A model generated the notes under the pieces. That model saw only the letters and a list, made by a program, of their open reading frames with translations. It ran no database searches and was not told the origin of the DNA. From assembly GCA_965219385.1 (NCBI GenBank), contig CBDCNM010000001.1:1166631-1230630 (forward strand): a stretch of DNA of 64,000 nucleotides. Direction: 5' to 3'. Positions within the stretch are counted from its first letter, which is position 1, and each line of letters opens with the position of its first letter. The stretch is from Candidatus Latescibacterota bacterium (GTDB lineage: Bacteria; Latescibacterota; UBA2968; UBA8231). Below are positions 20,556-31,615 of the stretch, piece by piece. Made by a program: the position numbers and the translations under genes.

Positions 20556-21344
20556 TCACAGCATCGACTTCACCAATCCGCCATCCACCTGGAGCGAAGT
20601 GCCGGTGATATAACTGGATCGTTCAGAGGCCAGGAAGACCACGTAGTCGGCCAGCTCCTGCACCTTGCCCAGCCGGCCCAGCGGAATGCTGGCGGCCAGA
20701 TCGTCCACTACGGCCTGGCTGGAGGTGTCCTGGTGCAGGGCGGCCTCGGCGAATTCCTCGCGCAACAACTCCGTGTCGATAAAGCCGGTGCAGACATTGT
20801 TGACCAGTATCTTGTCCCCGGCGTACTGGTTGGCCAGGGTCTTGGCCAGGCCCACCACCGCGGTCCGCAGGACATTCGAAGCGGTATGGCTCATGGGCTG
20901 TTTGACCGCAAAGGCGGTCAGGTTGATGATCCGACCGCCCCCCCTCTCCTTCATGATGGGGACGGCGTGGCGACACATCCTCATGACGTAGAGGAGAATC
21001 AGGTCTATGTACTCCTTCCAGCGTTCCTCTGTAATCTCCTCGAACGGTTGGGGATCCGGTCCGCCGGAGTTGTTCACCAGGATGTCGATTCCGTCGAATT
21101 CCTTCAGGGTCCGGTCCACCACCTCCAGCACGGTGTCCTCGGTGGAAAGATCGCCGGCCACGGTGAGCACCGGCGAGCTGGTGGCTATCCATATCTCCTC
21201 GGCCGCCTTTTCCAGGCGCTCCTCATTGCGGGCGCAGAGGACGACTCTGGCCCCCTCCCGCGCCAGGGCCAGAGCACACCCCTTGCCCAGTCCCCGACTC
21301 GATCCGCCTACGATCGCCACCTTGTTGTCCAATCCCATATCCAT
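20556..21344 (-). CDS. SDR family oxidoreductase (atypical active site)
   Basis: [14 protein letters not shown] and SYITG..LQVDGG motifs; AGGAG RBS before ATG 21344. Confidence 0.88.
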   Translation of the reverse strand: MDMGLDNKVAIVGGSSRGLGKGCALALAREGARVVLCARNEERLEKAAEEIWIATSSPVLTVAGDLSTEDTVLEVVDRTLKEFDGIDILVNNSGGPDPQPFEEITEERWKEYIDLILLYVMRMCRHAVPIMKERGGGRIINLTAFAVKQPMSHTASNVLRTAVVGLAKTLANQYAGDKILVNNVCTGFIDTELLREEFAEAALHQDTSSQAVVDDLAASIPLGRLGKVQELADYVVFLASERSSYITGTSLQVDGGLVKSML

Positions 21345-21455
21345 GATTTGTGCTCCTGCGTTAAGCCGTCGTATCCTCGACTTGAAATGGGCGAGGCTGT
21401 GTTGTACCTCTCCATCCACTAGATCGCCACCAGGGCAGCGATCTAATCTTTCCAG

Positions 21456-23357
21456 TTAGGACCGAACCAAGGCCAGGATGACCACGGCCAGTCCCAGCAC
21501 CCCCGCCCCCAGCAACAACCAGAGGTTCTCCGCCCTGGGCGCCACCAGCAAAAACACCGCTGCCACCGGTAGCAACACCAGGCGTCCTCTCAGACCCAGC
21601 GGGCCCTGGATATACCCGCTCACGGCAAGGGCCAGGGCCGCGATGCCGATCAGGGTGGTCAGCGCGTTGAGCGCCACCGCCCCCCAGGGCGCCATTCCGC
21701 CGCCGGGGGCCAGCAGCAGTAGTTCGGGGCGCAGCACAAAGGCAAAAGGAAGGGCAAAACCCACCAGGGCGAAGCGGAAGGCGGCCAGACCGGTCTTCAA
21801 CACGGGACTGCCGGCAAGGGCGGCGGCGGTGTACGCAGCCAGTGCTACCGGGGGCGTCACCATCGACATCATGCCGAAGTAGAAGATGAAGAAGTGGGCC
21901 GCCAGCGGCGGCCCCATATCCGCCAGCAAAGGTCCCACCAAGGTGGCCATCAACAAATAACACACCGCCGAAGGCAATCCTAGCCCCAGGATGATGGTCG
22001 AGATCATCAGCAGCACCAGGGCCGCCGGCAGGCTGTCCCGCGCCAGCGGCAACAAAACCCCCGGCAGCTTCGAACCGACCCCCGTCAGGGTCACCACTCC
22101 GATGACAATGCCGACACAGGCGGCAGCGGCCACCAGGGCCACCCCCCCGTGAACCGCGCGCTCCATGGCCTGTTGCAGTCCGCCAGGCCCCACGCGGGTA
22201 TCCCGGCCCCAGGCGGCCAGAAACAGCATGACCACCAGACTCAGGCTGACAGCGCGAAAAGGGGTATACCCCAGGACCAGGAAGAGAATAAGCGCTGCAA
22301 AGGCCCCGAAGAATACGCCCCCCTGCAGCGGGCTGGACGCGGCCGGAGGGGCCTCTTCGGCCCCGGCCCCCTGGCGGCGGGCCAGCAAATGCACCACCAG
22401 CAGCAGGGACAGGTAGTAGAGCAGGGCCGGTAGCAGAGCGGCGCGCACGATCTCCAGGTAGGTGACGGGAGGGTCCACTAGCTCCAGCATCATGTAGGCC
22501 CCGGCCCCCATGATCGGCGGCACCAGGGCCCCGCCCGAGCTGGCGGCCGCCTCGATTCCGGCGGCTATTTCAGGCCGAAAACCAGCGGCCCGCATCAAGG
22601 GGATGGTGAAGGCACCGGTAGTGGCCGTATTGGCCACGGCGCTGCCCGAAAGCGAACCCATAAGACCGCTGCTGAGTACGGCCACCTTGGCCGGGCCGCC
22701 GGCACTTCTGCCCAGCAGGCGACGCGAGAAGCCGAGGATGAAGCCGGTGGCGCCGGTACGTTCGAGCAGGGCGCCGAAAAGCACGAAGAGGAAGACATAA
22801 GTGAACATCACCCTGAGCGCCACCCCGAAGATGCCCTGGCTGTGCAGGAAGGTCTGGCTGACAATGCGCTGCCAGGGATAACCCCGGTGCGGAAAAAGCC
22901 AGTCCGGCAGGAAAGGCCCCAGGCCGGCATACAGCAGAAAAACCAGGGCCAATAACGGCAGGGAAGGCCCCACTGCCCGGCGCGCCGCCTCCAGAACCAA
23001 GGCCAGCCCCACCAGCCCCACCCAGAAGTCCAGCGCCGCTTCAGCGCCGGCGCGCGCCCCCAGGGCCACCCCCCCGAGCCACAGGCCGCTGCACCCCGGT
23101 TCTACCTGAGTGAACACATAACCGAAGCACAAGATGGTCGCAGCGCACAATAATGCAGCGCACAGACGCGCAGCCCCGGCCCGGGACTCTTGTGGCCGCA
23201 GCGGGAACTTGAGGAAGACCAGCCCCAACCCCAGCAGGGCAAAAAGCGCCAGTTGACTCTGGGGTGACAACAGGGGATAATTCACCTCTGCCAGGGTGAA
23301 AAGACACAAAAGAGAGGCCCCAGCGCGGAAGGCCAGGCGTTCGGGCAACGGCATCAC
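21456..23357 (-). CDS. TAXI-TRAP fused 4TM/12TM permease
   Basis: GGPAKVAV, GSAVAN, PPIMGAGAY, GLGLP and TPPVALAAY motifs. Confidence 0.93.
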   Translation of the reverse strand: MMPLPERLAFRAGASLLCLFTLAEVNYPLLSPQSQLALFALLGLGLVFLKFPLRPQESRAGAARLCAALLCAATILCFGYVFTQVEPGCSGLWLGGVALGARAGAEAALDFWVGLVGLALVLEAARRAVGPSLPLLALVFLLYAGLGPFLPDWLFPHRGYPWQRIVSQTFLHSQGIFGVALRVMFTYVFLFVLFGALLERTGATGFILGFSRRLLGRSAGGPAKVAVLSSGLMGSLSGSAVANTATTGAFTIPLMRAAGFRPEIAAGIEAAASSGGALVPPIMGAGAYMMLELVDPPVTYLEIVRAALLPALLYYLSLLLVVHLLARRQGAGAEEAPPAASSPLQGGVFFGAFAALILFLVLGYTPFRAVSLSLVVMLFLAAWGRDTRVGPGGLQQAMERAVHGGVALVAAAACVGIVIGVVTLTGVGSKLPGVLLPLARDSLPAALVLLMISTIILGLGLPSAVCYLLMATLVGPLLADMGPPLAAHFFIFYFGMMSMVTPPVALAAYTAAALAGSPVLKTGLAAFRFALVGFALPFAFVLRPELLLLAPGGGMAPWGAVALNALTTLIGIAALALAVSGYIQGPLGLRGRLVLLPVAAVFLLVAPRAENLWLLLGAGVLGLAVVILALVRS

Positions 23358-24331
23358 TGCGGCCAGATGCCGATCTCCTGGTAATAGCGCACAGCGCCTT
23401 TGTGGAAGGGGGTGCCGGTAGCGCGCGCCGCATTCCCAGGATTGATGGCCCGGCCGGCCGGATGCTGTTTGACCACCTCGGCGCGGTGTTCGTAGAGGGT
23501 TTTGGTGAAGCGGTAGACCGTGTCCTCGTCGAGGCCGGCCGGAGCGATCAGATGCATGGCGCCGACATTCATGCCGTGGAAATCTTGGGTCTGGTTGCGG
23601 TAGGTGTCGGCCGGGATGGTCGCGGCGTTGAAGAAGGGATAGTCCTTAAAAAGCTGCTCCATGGCCGCCTGGTCGTAGGGCACGAAGCGGATGTCCTGGC
23701 CGGCGGCGGCCTGGGTGATGGAAGCGGTGGGTACGGCCCCGCCCAAAAAGGCGGCGGCCGCCGCGCCATCGGCCAGCATGTCCACCGAGCCGGCCTGGGT
23801 ATTGTACAGGGGCGTGAAGTCGGCATAAGCCACCCCGTGGGCCGCCAGGATAGGCTCCAGGAAGAACTCGAAACCGGCGCCGGCCGGCCCGACGACAACC
23901 CGCCGGCCTTTGAGGTCACCAAGCCGTTCGACGCCCGAGGCGGCCGGGGTGATAAAGAGGGCTACATTGGGAGCCAGGGTCACAACCGCGCGGATGGCGT
24001 ACGCTTTTTCCCAGGCCCCCTCACCGCGCACGGCAAAATACGTGATGGCCGCGTTGGCCAGGGCAAAGTCCAGTTCGCCGCGGTCGAGACGGCGGATGTT
24101 TTCGCGCGTGCCTTTGGTCGCCTCGGCCGCGATCTGCCAGCCCTGGTCGCTGGTATGGGCGCCGACCACCTGGGCGATGGCGCCGCCGACCACAAAGAAG
24201 GCGCCGCCCGGCGGAGCGGTCCCGATGCTGAGGAAGCGTCGCCCATCGCCATCCGGGTCGCAGCCCCACAGGGCGAAAAAAGCCGCAAGGCAGAGGGCGA
24301 CGGAGGTTTTAAGAAGGCTTCTAAGGTTCAT
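23354..24331 (-). CDS. TAXI family TRAP solute-binding lipoprotein
   Basis: Lipobox LWGC, IGTAPPGGAFFVVGG and PFHKGAVRYY motifs. Confidence 0.93.
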   Translation of the reverse strand: MNLRSLLKTSVALCLAAFFALWGCDPDGDGRRFLSIGTAPPGGAFFVVGGAIAQVVGAHTSDQGWQIAAEATKGTRENIRRLDRGELDFALANAAITYFAVRGEGAWEKAYAIRAVVTLAPNVALFITPAASGVERLGDLKGRRVVVGPAGAGFEFFLEPILAAHGVAYADFTPLYNTQAGSVDMLADGAAAAAFLGGAVPTASITQAAAGQDIRFVPYDQAAMEQLFKDYPFFNAATIPADTYRNQTQDFHGMNVGAMHLIAPAGLDEDTVYRFTKTLYEHRAEVVKQHPAGRAINPGNAARATGTPFHKGAVRYYQEIGIWPQ

Positions 24332-24481
24332 TGGTTTTTCCGTCTGTTCATCCGGGTATGCTTTTCCAGTTATCCACCCAGTTTCAATCCTCGATTGGTT
24401 TTACATATCTCATAGAAATATAGCTCTATGGCAGAATATTATCTACTTCTGCTACTGAAATACATCATTACCCATTGAAAA

Positions 24482-24904
24482 TCACCTGACCCCGACCCCG
24501 TACACATACACCAGTTCCCCCCCGTAATAACCGGTCTGCCACAACAGGACACAACCCACCCCGGCCACCAGGATCCAGGCCTTCAGCCCCCAGCCTTGCA
24601 AACGTCCCTGTAGTTGCAAGGGCAAGCGTCCCAGAGCCACCACCAAAAAGAAGAACAGCACCAGGGTGGACAGTTCCTCGTGCTCTTCGATGTACTCCAG
24701 CGCCTCTACCTCGCCTCGATAAGGCACGGCGGCCTCATTGCCGGTAAGCACCGCCGCCACCGCCGCCAGGGTACCCAGGACCAGCAGAAGATAGGCTCCC
24801 CCGTGCCATTCCGGCCGTTTCCGGATCCACGCCACCACGTCCACCACAACACTCAGCGGCAACAACACCAGTGGAAAATGGACCACCATTGGATGCCAGC
24901 TCAT
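24482..24904 (-). CDS. Membrane protein, DUF2231-like
   Basis: HPMVVHFP at the N-terminus, TGYYGGELVY.YG at the C-terminus, four hydrophobic segments. Confidence 0.8.
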   Translation of the reverse strand: MSWHPMVVHFPLVLLPLSVVVDVVAWIRKRPEWHGGAYLLLVLGTLAAVAAVLTGNEAAVPYRGEVEALEYIEEHEELSTLVLFFFLVVALGRLPLQLQGRLQGWGLKAWILVAGVGCVLLWQTGYYGGELVYVYGVGVR

Positions 24905-24970
24905 TGCAATCGACTCCTATCCCTCTTGTCTACGCGCCGCAAGATACCACCAGGCCGCAGCACAGGCAAG

Positions 24971-24999
24971 TTGACCCGGCCCTTGAGGCATGGTATAAT
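24971..24999 (+). promoter_or_regulatory. Sigma70-type promoter with extended -10
   Basis: TTGACC-17 bp-TATAAT with TGn extension, upstream of 25116. Confidence 0.75.
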
Positions 25000-25115
25000 C
25001 CGGCCGTTTCTCAATGGCCTGCACCCTGGCCCTGATCCAATCGCGAGGTTGACACCGTCCCGACACCGCCCTATCATCTGGAACACCTTCGCGCCAACCC
25101 TCAAGGAAAACGACC

Positions 25116-26411
25116 ATGGCAACCCAACTCTACTCGCACATCCGGCAAACCCCGCTCCACGACACCCACGAACACCTCAATAAAGAGCCCCAGTGGGTGG
25201 ACGAAGGCCCCGACATCCTCCAGGATCTCTTTGGCAATTACGTGCCCGCGGACCTGATCACCGCCGGCGCCAGCCCGGAGGCCATGCAACGGCTCACCGA
25301 TGCTTCGGACCCGGACCTGGGCGCCCGCTTCGCCGGCATCAGGGAGGCCTGGGATGCCATTCAGTTTACCGGCTACGGTGAGGCCGTGCGCATCCTAGGG
25401 GAGCAGATCTACGGGATGCAGGAATGGACCACAAAGGAGTTCGAAGCCGCCCAGGAAAAGCTGCTAAACTGGCGCCGGCCCGGGGGCCGCCATCGCCTGC
25501 TCTGCGAAGTCGGCAACCTGGACCACGTCCAGATCGACGATTTCTCCTGGTCCTGCCTGCCGGACCCTGCCGGACCCGAGTTTTTTCTCTACGATCTTTC
25601 GTGGGCCGGCTTTTGCAACGGTCAGATCGATGTGGAAGCACTGCACCAGGAGACCGGCATCACCGTATCCACCCTGTCCACCCTGCGCCAGGCCATGGAA
25701 AAGATCTTTGAAAGCTACGGCCCCTGCGCCATTGCCGTAAAGGCCCAGCACGCCTACAACCGCACCCTCCTCTGGCAGGAGCGCACCGATTGCGAGGCCG
25801 CACCCGCCCTGCAGACCGTACTGAGCCAGGGCAACCAGACCCCCGAGGCCGTCCGTCTGTGCCTGGGCGACTGGTGTTGGGCCCGGGGCGTGGAGCTGGC
25901 CATCCAGCACAACCTGCCCTTCAAGCTCCACACCGGCTACTACGCCGGCAACAACCGCATGCCCGTGGACCGCATCAAAGGCGGCAACCTGTGCGCCCTC
26001 CTGACCCGCTACCTGGATTGCCGTTTTGTGCTGATGCACATCGCCTACCCCTACAACAACGAACTGGTGGCCCTGACCAAGCACTACGCCAATGTCTGGG
26101 CCGATTTGTGCTGGGCCTGGTCCATCGACCCTTACAGCTCCTGCGACTTCGTGCGCCGCTTCATTCACACCGCTCCGGCCAACAAAATCTTTGCCTTTGG
26201 CGGCGACACCTGCTGGCCGACCAGTTCGGTGGCTTATGCCATCCAGGCACGCGAGTGGCTCAATCGCGCTCTGCAGAGCGAAGTGGACGACGGCCTCATG
26301 AACGAGCGCCAGGCCATGGAGCTGGCCACCCGCCTGATGAGCCTCAACCAGGAGGCCTGCTTCGACTTGCAGGGCACTCGCGCCGCCATCCAGACCGCCG
26401 GCGCGGCCTGA
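25116..26411 (+). CDS. Amidohydrolase superfamily protein
   Basis: DTHEH metal motif, KLHTG, VLMH..YP and FGGD. Confidence 0.85.
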   Translation: MATQLYSHIRQTPLHDTHEHLNKEPQWVDEGPDILQDLFGNYVPADLITAGASPEAMQRLTDASDPDLGARFAGIREAWDAIQFTGYGEAVRILGEQIYGMQEWTTKEFEAAQEKLLNWRRPGGRHRLLCEVGNLDHVQIDDFSWSCLPDPAGPEFFLYDLSWAGFCNGQIDVEALHQETGITVSTLSTLRQAMEKIFESYGPCAIAVKAQHAYNRTLLWQERTDCEAAPALQTVLSQGNQTPEAVRLCLGDWCWARGVELAIQHNLPFKLHTGYYAGNNRMPVDRIKGGNLCALLTRYLDCRFVLMHIAYPYNNELVALTKHYANVWADLCWAWSIDPYSSCDFVRRFIHTAPANKIFAFGGDTCWPTSSVAYAIQAREWLNRALQSEVDDGLMNERQAMELATRLMSLNQEACFDLQGTRAAIQTAGAA

Positions 26412-26442
26412 CCCTCCTACCCTTCAACCACAGAGAAAGATC

Positions 26443-28113
26443 ATGTCCGACCTCACCCACAAGAGCAGCACCATCACCCAGGGCCCTGCCCGCGCCGGGG
26501 CCCGCGCCATGTACAAAGCCGCCGGCTTTGACGCCGACGCCCTTGCCAGGCCCCTGATCGGCATTGCCAATACCTGGACCGAACTGGGCCCCTGCAACCT
26601 CCATTTGCGCCGTCTGGCCGCCAAGGTCAAGGAAGGCGTGCGCGCCGCCGGGGGCACCCCCATGGAATTCAATACCGTGGTCATATCCGACGGCATCACC
26701 ATGGGCACCGAAGGCATGAAAACCTCGCTGATCAGCCGCGAAGTCATCGCCGATTCCATTGAGCTGGTAGTCCGCGGCCACATGCTGGATGGCCTGGTCG
26801 GGCTCACCGGTTGCGACAAGACGACCCCGGGCGCGGTCATGGCCATGGCCCGCCTGGATATTCCCTCGGTCATTCTCTACGGCGGCTCCATCATGCCCGG
26901 CCACTACAAGGGCGAGGATGTGACCATCCAGGACGTGTACGAGGCCATCGGCGCCCACGCCACCGGCCGGATGCAGGACGACCAGCTCCGCGAAATCGAA
27001 ATCAACGCCTGCCCGGGCGCCGGCTCCTGCGGCGGCCAATTCACCGCCAATACCATGGCCACGGCCGTGGAATTGATGGGCATCGCCCTGATGGACAGCG
27101 GCTCGGTCCCGGCGGTGGACCCGAAAAAAGACGAGGTGGCCATCCAGATCGGCGAGCTGGCCGTGGACCTGATCAAGCGCGATCTGCGTCCCAGCCGGAT
27201 CATCACCCGCCAGGCCATCGACAACGCCATCGCCTCGATCGCCACCACCGGCGGCTCCACCAACGGGGTGCTCCACTTCCTGGCCATCGCCCACGAGCTG
27301 GGCATCGAGCTGGACATCGAGGACTTTCAGGAAATCAGCGGTCGCACCCCGCTGATGGTGGACCTCAAACCCGGGGGCCGCTTCGTGGCCCCGGACCTGC
27401 ACCGGGCCGGCGGCATCGGCCTGGTGGCCAAACGCCTCAAAGAGGTCGGCCTGCTCCACGAGGAGGCCCTCACGGTCAGCGGCCGCACCATCGGCGAGGA
27501 GGCTGACCGGACAGTGGAAGAACCGGGCCAGGAAGTGGTGCGTCCCGCGGACAACCCGCTCAAAACCAGCGGCGGCCTGGTGGTGCTCAAGGGCAATCTG
27601 GCCGCGGAAGGGTGCGTGGTCAAGCTGGCTGGCTACGAGCGCGCACTGCACACCGGGCCGGCCCGCGTCTTCGACGGCGAGGACGCGGTGCTGCCGGCCA
27701 TCCAGGACGGCCAGATCCGGCCCGGGGACGTGGTCGTAATCCGCTACGAAGGCCCCATGGGCGGGCCGGGCATGCGGGAAATGCTGGCCGTCACCGGAGC
27801 CATCGTCGGCGCCGGCCTGGGCGAATCGGTAGCCCTCATCACCGACGGCCGCTTCTCGGGCGCCACCCGCGGATTGATGATCGGCCACGTGGCCCCCGAA
27901 GCCGCCCGGGGCGGCCCCCTGGCCATCCTGCGGGACGATGATCCGATCACCATCGACACCACCCAGCGCCGGCTGGACGTGGATCTGGACGAAGCGGAAA
28001 TCCGCGCCCGCCTGCAGACCTGGGAGGCCCCTGCACCGCGCTACCAGAGCGGGGTCATGGCCAAGTACGCCCGCACCGTATCCTCGGCCGCCCGGGGCGC
28101 GGTGACCGTCTGA
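26443..28113 (+). CDS. ilvD: Dihydroxy-acid dehydratase
   Basis: PCN.HL, SDGITMG, GCDKT.PG, CGGQFTANTM, GGSTN, GGPGMREM and TDGRFSG motifs. Confidence 0.95.
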   Translation: MSDLTHKSSTITQGPARAGARAMYKAAGFDADALARPLIGIANTWTELGPCNLHLRRLAAKVKEGVRAAGGTPMEFNTVVISDGITMGTEGMKTSLISREVIADSIELVVRGHMLDGLVGLTGCDKTTPGAVMAMARLDIPSVILYGGSIMPGHYKGEDVTIQDVYEAIGAHATGRMQDDQLREIEINACPGAGSCGGQFTANTMATAVELMGIALMDSGSVPAVDPKKDEVAIQIGELAVDLIKRDLRPSRIITRQAIDNAIASIATTGGSTNGVLHFLAIAHELGIELDIEDFQEISGRTPLMVDLKPGGRFVAPDLHRAGGIGLVAKRLKEVGLLHEEALTVSGRTIGEEADRTVEEPGQEVVRPADNPLKTSGGLVVLKGNLAAEGCVVKLAGYERALHTGPARVFDGEDAVLPAIQDGQIRPGDVVVIRYEGPMGGPGMREMLAVTGAIVGAGLGESVALITDGRFSGATRGLMIGHVAPEAARGGPLAILRDDDPITIDTTQRRLDVDLDEAEIRARLQTWEAPAPRYQSGVMAKYARTVSSAARGAVTV

Positions 28114-28116
28114 GCC

Positions 28117-29253
28117 ATGCACGGCGCCCTCCACTGCCCCTCCTGTAATGCCGACTACGGGGAGCGGACGACCGCACACAGGTGCCCCTCCTGCGGCCAG
28201 GCCCTTTCCTTGAAACGCCCCCCCGCCGCCTTCCCGCTGGAGCAGATCCGCCGACGCCCCCCGGATATGTGGCGCTACGCCGAGGCCCTGCCCACCTTTG
28301 CCGACCGGATCTCCCTGGGCGAGCCCCTCACCCCCCTGGTGTCCTTCAAACTGGGGCATCTGGACCTTCTGGCCAAGTGCGAATTCACCCAGCCCACCGG
28401 CTCCTACAAGGACCGGGGCGCCGCCTTGTTGATGAGTTATTTGCGCGCCCTTGGGGTGCGGGAGGCGGTCGAGGATTCCTCGGGCAACGCCGGCGCCTCC
28501 ATGGCCGCGTACGCGGCCCGGGCCGGGATCCACCTCAAGGTTTTCTGCCCGGCCTCCGCCTCTGCCGGCAAGCTGGTGCAGATCCGCCTCTACGGCGCCG
28601 AGCTGATGCGCATCGAAGGTCCGCGCCCCCGCGCCACCGAAGCCCTGCTGGACTACGTCGAAAAAACCGGCGCGGTCTACGCCTCCCACTTGTGGAATCC
28701 CCTGTTCGACGAGGGCATCAAGACCATGGCCTTCGAGATCGCCGAACAACTCGACTGGTCCTCGCCCGACATGATCTTCTGTCCGGTGGGAGCCGGCAGC
28801 ATCCCCCTGGGGCTTTACAACGGCTTCAAAGAATTGCAGGATGCCGGCATCATTGACCACCTTCCCCGCCTGATCGCGGTCCAGGCGCGCAATAACTGTC
28901 CGGTCTACCAGGCCTTCAAGAACGATGCCGACCGCATCGTGCCCATGCAGGATCCCCAACCCACCCTGGCCGAGGGCATTGCCCTGCCTGCCCCGGTCCG
29001 CGACCAGGAAGTCCTGAAGGCCCTGCGCGAGACCGGTGGTACAGTAGTCGCCGTCGAAGAAGAAGCTATTATTGAAGGCGCGAAACGGCTTGGCCAGGCC
29101 GGTTTTTGCGTCGAGCCCACCTCGGCCGTGGTCTGGAAGGGGGTGGAGCGTCTGCACGCCCAGGAGCCCATCCCCTCCAGCGCTTCAGTGGTGATCGTTC
29201 TCTCCGGCCACGGTCTCAAAGCCTCTCAGCCCCTGGGTGCGTTGCTGGACTGA
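28117..29253 (+). CDS. Threonine synthase-like PLP enzyme with N-terminal CxxC pairs
   Basis: PTGSYKDRG (PLP lysine), DSSGNAG and EPTSA motifs. Confidence 0.85.
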   Translation: MHGALHCPSCNADYGERTTAHRCPSCGQALSLKRPPAAFPLEQIRRRPPDMWRYAEALPTFADRISLGEPLTPLVSFKLGHLDLLAKCEFTQPTGSYKDRGAALLMSYLRALGVREAVEDSSGNAGASMAAYAARAGIHLKVFCPASASAGKLVQIRLYGAELMRIEGPRPRATEALLDYVEKTGAVYASHLWNPLFDEGIKTMAFEIAEQLDWSSPDMIFCPVGAGSIPLGLYNGFKELQDAGIIDHLPRLIAVQARNNCPVYQAFKNDADRIVPMQDPQPTLAEGIALPAPVRDQEVLKALRETGGTVVAVEEEAIIEGAKRLGQAGFCVEPTSAVVWKGVERLHAQEPIPSSASVVIVLSGHGLKASQPLGALLD

Positions 29254-29356
29254 GCCTGTACCCGGCGGTGCCCCTCCATGTCGGGGGGAATAGCCGCCAG
29301 CGGCGAAGCGGCTGGTAAGACCTCCTCGAGCGGCTGAAGCAGTCCGGCTTCGTCCA

Positions 29357-30826
29357 CTACTTGCCGGCCTTGATCTGCCTGAGCGTCCCGGCCTCTTCGA
29401 GCTCCTTGTAGGATGGATCCAGTGGAAAACACCCCGACACCAGACCGTGGCGCGGCGCCGTGGTGCAGTCGCTGAAGGTGCGGCAGATCCGCCGGCGCTC
29501 CATCTTGCCGTCGGTCAGCACATCGCGGGGCAATTGCGGATAGGACAGGACCATGCGGCCCAGTCCCACGAAATCCACCTTGCCCTGGCGCACACAAGCC
29601 TGCCCCACGTGCGGCAGGTACTCCTGCAAATAGGAATACCCCGAACCCACGATCGGCCTGTCCGGGAAGCGCTGCTTGATGACGGCGACCACCTCTAACT
29701 GCCGCGCCACTCCCACCAGGGGGTCCTCGGGCGGCTGGTACCCGTCCGAGGGGGGAAAGAGCGCCGGCCGCTGGATGTGGGGATTGTAGTAGGGACTGCC
29801 GCAGGAAATATTGATCAGCTCGACCCCCAGTTCCCCCAGCAAATCGATAAACTCGAAGGCCTCGTCCAGATCAATGCGCAGGGGATCTTCCGGGGCCAGG
29901 CCAAAACCAAACTCATAGGGCAGGCACTCCTCGTAGGGCTCCGGAATCCCCGGCCCCAGACGCCTGCCCTCGGTGAGGGCGGGATCCGGCCGGAACGGCA
30001 CAAAATCAAAGGCGCTCAGACGCACCCCGATTTTCAAGTCCGGGGCCAGAACTCGGATCCCCTGGATCACCTCGCGGCAAAAGCGGGTGCGGTTTTCGAA
30101 CGGGCCGCCGAATTTGCCCGGCCGCGTGCGGGCGCTGAGAAATTCGTGCCCCAGGTAGCCGTGGCAGTGCTTGATATCCACGAAGTGATACCCCAGTTCG
30201 CCGGCGATGAGAGCCGCTTTGATATAGAGCTGGATCAGGTCCTCGATATAGCCGTCCGTCAGCACGGGATGCTCCGCCGCCAGGCCGAACTTGCGGTCCA
30301 GGATGGGGTGGTGGTAGAGGATGGCCGGTTCCATCCGGTCCTTGCGAAAAGGCCGACAAAACCGCCCCGAATGGGTCAGCTGCAGCCCCAGCAGCAAATC
30401 CTCCGTGGAACCAAAGTGCTCCCGATGGGCCTGGAGCAACAAGGAGCGCAACTCGGCCAGGCCGCTCCTGGTCTGTTCCGTGGCCATCAGCTGATTGGGA
30501 TTGGCCCGCCCCTCCGGGCACACGGCAAAGGCCTCACCGCCCCAGATCAACTTGGCCCCGCTGCGGCCGAAATTCCGCCACCGCCTACAGGTTTTAGCGC
30601 TGGGCATCCCCTCCTCGGTGCCGTCCCAACCCTCCATGGGCTGAATCGCAAAGCGATTGCCGATCGTCAGCCCACCCAGCCGATAGGGCCGCACCAGGGG
30701 CGAGTCGGACGCCGTGAGGATCTGCGCGTCGCAGTCCAGTTCGAGGCCCAATCCCTGGATGTGCCGGCGAAAGTCCTCTACGTTCTTGAAGCTGGATATG
30801 CGCGGATACCTGGCGGTTTCGGCCAT
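29357..30826 (-). CDS. NADH:flavin oxidoreductase (old yellow enzyme family)
   Basis: [35 protein letters not shown] and FENRTRF motifs. Confidence 0.9.
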   Translation of the reverse strand: MAETARYPRISSFKNVEDFRRHIQGLGLELDCDAQILTASDSPLVRPYRLGGLTIGNRFAIQPMEGWDGTEEGMPSAKTCRRWRNFGRSGAKLIWGGEAFAVCPEGRANPNQLMATEQTRSGLAELRSLLLQAHREHFGSTEDLLLGLQLTHSGRFCRPFRKDRMEPAILYHHPILDRKFGLAAEHPVLTDGYIEDLIQLYIKAALIAGELGYHFVDIKHCHGYLGHEFLSARTRPGKFGGPFENRTRFCREVIQGIRVLAPDLKIGVRLSAFDFVPFRPDPALTEGRRLGPGIPEPYEECLPYEFGFGLAPEDPLRIDLDEAFEFIDLLGELGVELINISCGSPYYNPHIQRPALFPPSDGYQPPEDPLVGVARQLEVVAVIKQRFPDRPIVGSGYSYLQEYLPHVGQACVRQGKVDFVGLGRMVLSYPQLPRDVLTDGKMERRRICRTFSDCTTAPRHGLVSGCFPLDPSYKELEEAGTLRQIKAGK

Positions 30827-30838
30827 GGGTTGGCTTCC

Positions 30839-31606
30839 TCAGCGGGCGGGAACAGCGCTTTTTCCGCCGAGCAACTTGAAGCCCCACACCAGGCCCACCA
30901 CCACCATCACCAGGCTGATCAACTGGGCGTCGCTCAGGCCCCAGAGCACCCTGGGGTTGAGGCGGATGAACTCCACCAAAAAGCGGGCCAGGCCGGTCAG
31001 GGCCAGGTAGAGGCAAAAGGAAAGCCCCGGGATCCAGATGCGCTCCCGGGTGGCCCACAGGATTCCGCCGATACCCAGCCCCATCAAGGTTTCGTAGACC
31101 GGCGCGGGATGCACCTTCTCCAGGGTCGGCACCACACCGTCAGGGTAAGCCATGCCCCAGGGCAAATCCGTCGGCCCCCCGTAATCCCCGTCCCCGGCCA
31201 GCTGGCAGCCGATTCGACCGATGGCGTAGCCCATGGACAAAGCAATGCCCAGCGCATCCGCGACCGGCAAAATGGGTGCCCGGCGCCGTTTGATCACCCA
31301 TACCGCGGCTCCGGCCGCCACCATGAAGCCGCCGTACCAGGTCAGCCCGCTCCCCGAGAAGAGGTTGCCGAAGGTCTCCTCCCAGTTCGTGGAAGCAGGG
31401 GTTTCGAAGAGCACGAAATACAGCTTGGCGCCGACCAGCCCGCCCACCATGGCCGCGGTGACCAGGGACGAGCCCAGCTCTGGATCCAGCCCCTTCCGCC
31501 TCAGCTCCTTGTTCAACAGGAACAGGGCGGCCAGAAACCCCAGAGCCACCATGGCGCCGAAGCTGTGTATTTGCAGAGGGCCTATTTCGAACAAGTGAGG
31601 GTACAT
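30839..31606 (-). CDS. lgt: Prolipoprotein diacylglyceryl transferase
   Basis: MYPHLF.IG, WYGG, IGRIGC..AG..YG, HP...YE and RFLVEFIR motifs. Confidence 0.9.
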   Translation of the reverse strand: MYPHLFEIGPLQIHSFGAMVALGFLAALFLLNKELRRKGLDPELGSSLVTAAMVGGLVGAKLYFVLFETPASTNWEETFGNLFSGSGLTWYGGFMVAAGAAVWVIKRRRAPILPVADALGIALSMGYAIGRIGCQLAGDGDYGGPTDLPWGMAYPDGVVPTLEKVHPAPVYETLMGLGIGGILWATRERIWIPGLSFCLYLALTGLARFLVEFIRLNPRVLWGLSDAQLISLVMVVVGLVWGFKLLGGKSAVPAR

Positions 31607-31615
31607 GCGATGGCG

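Noticed and set aside
24370..24378. DnaA-box-like TTATCCACC
   Set aside because: Single imperfect copy with no origin context.
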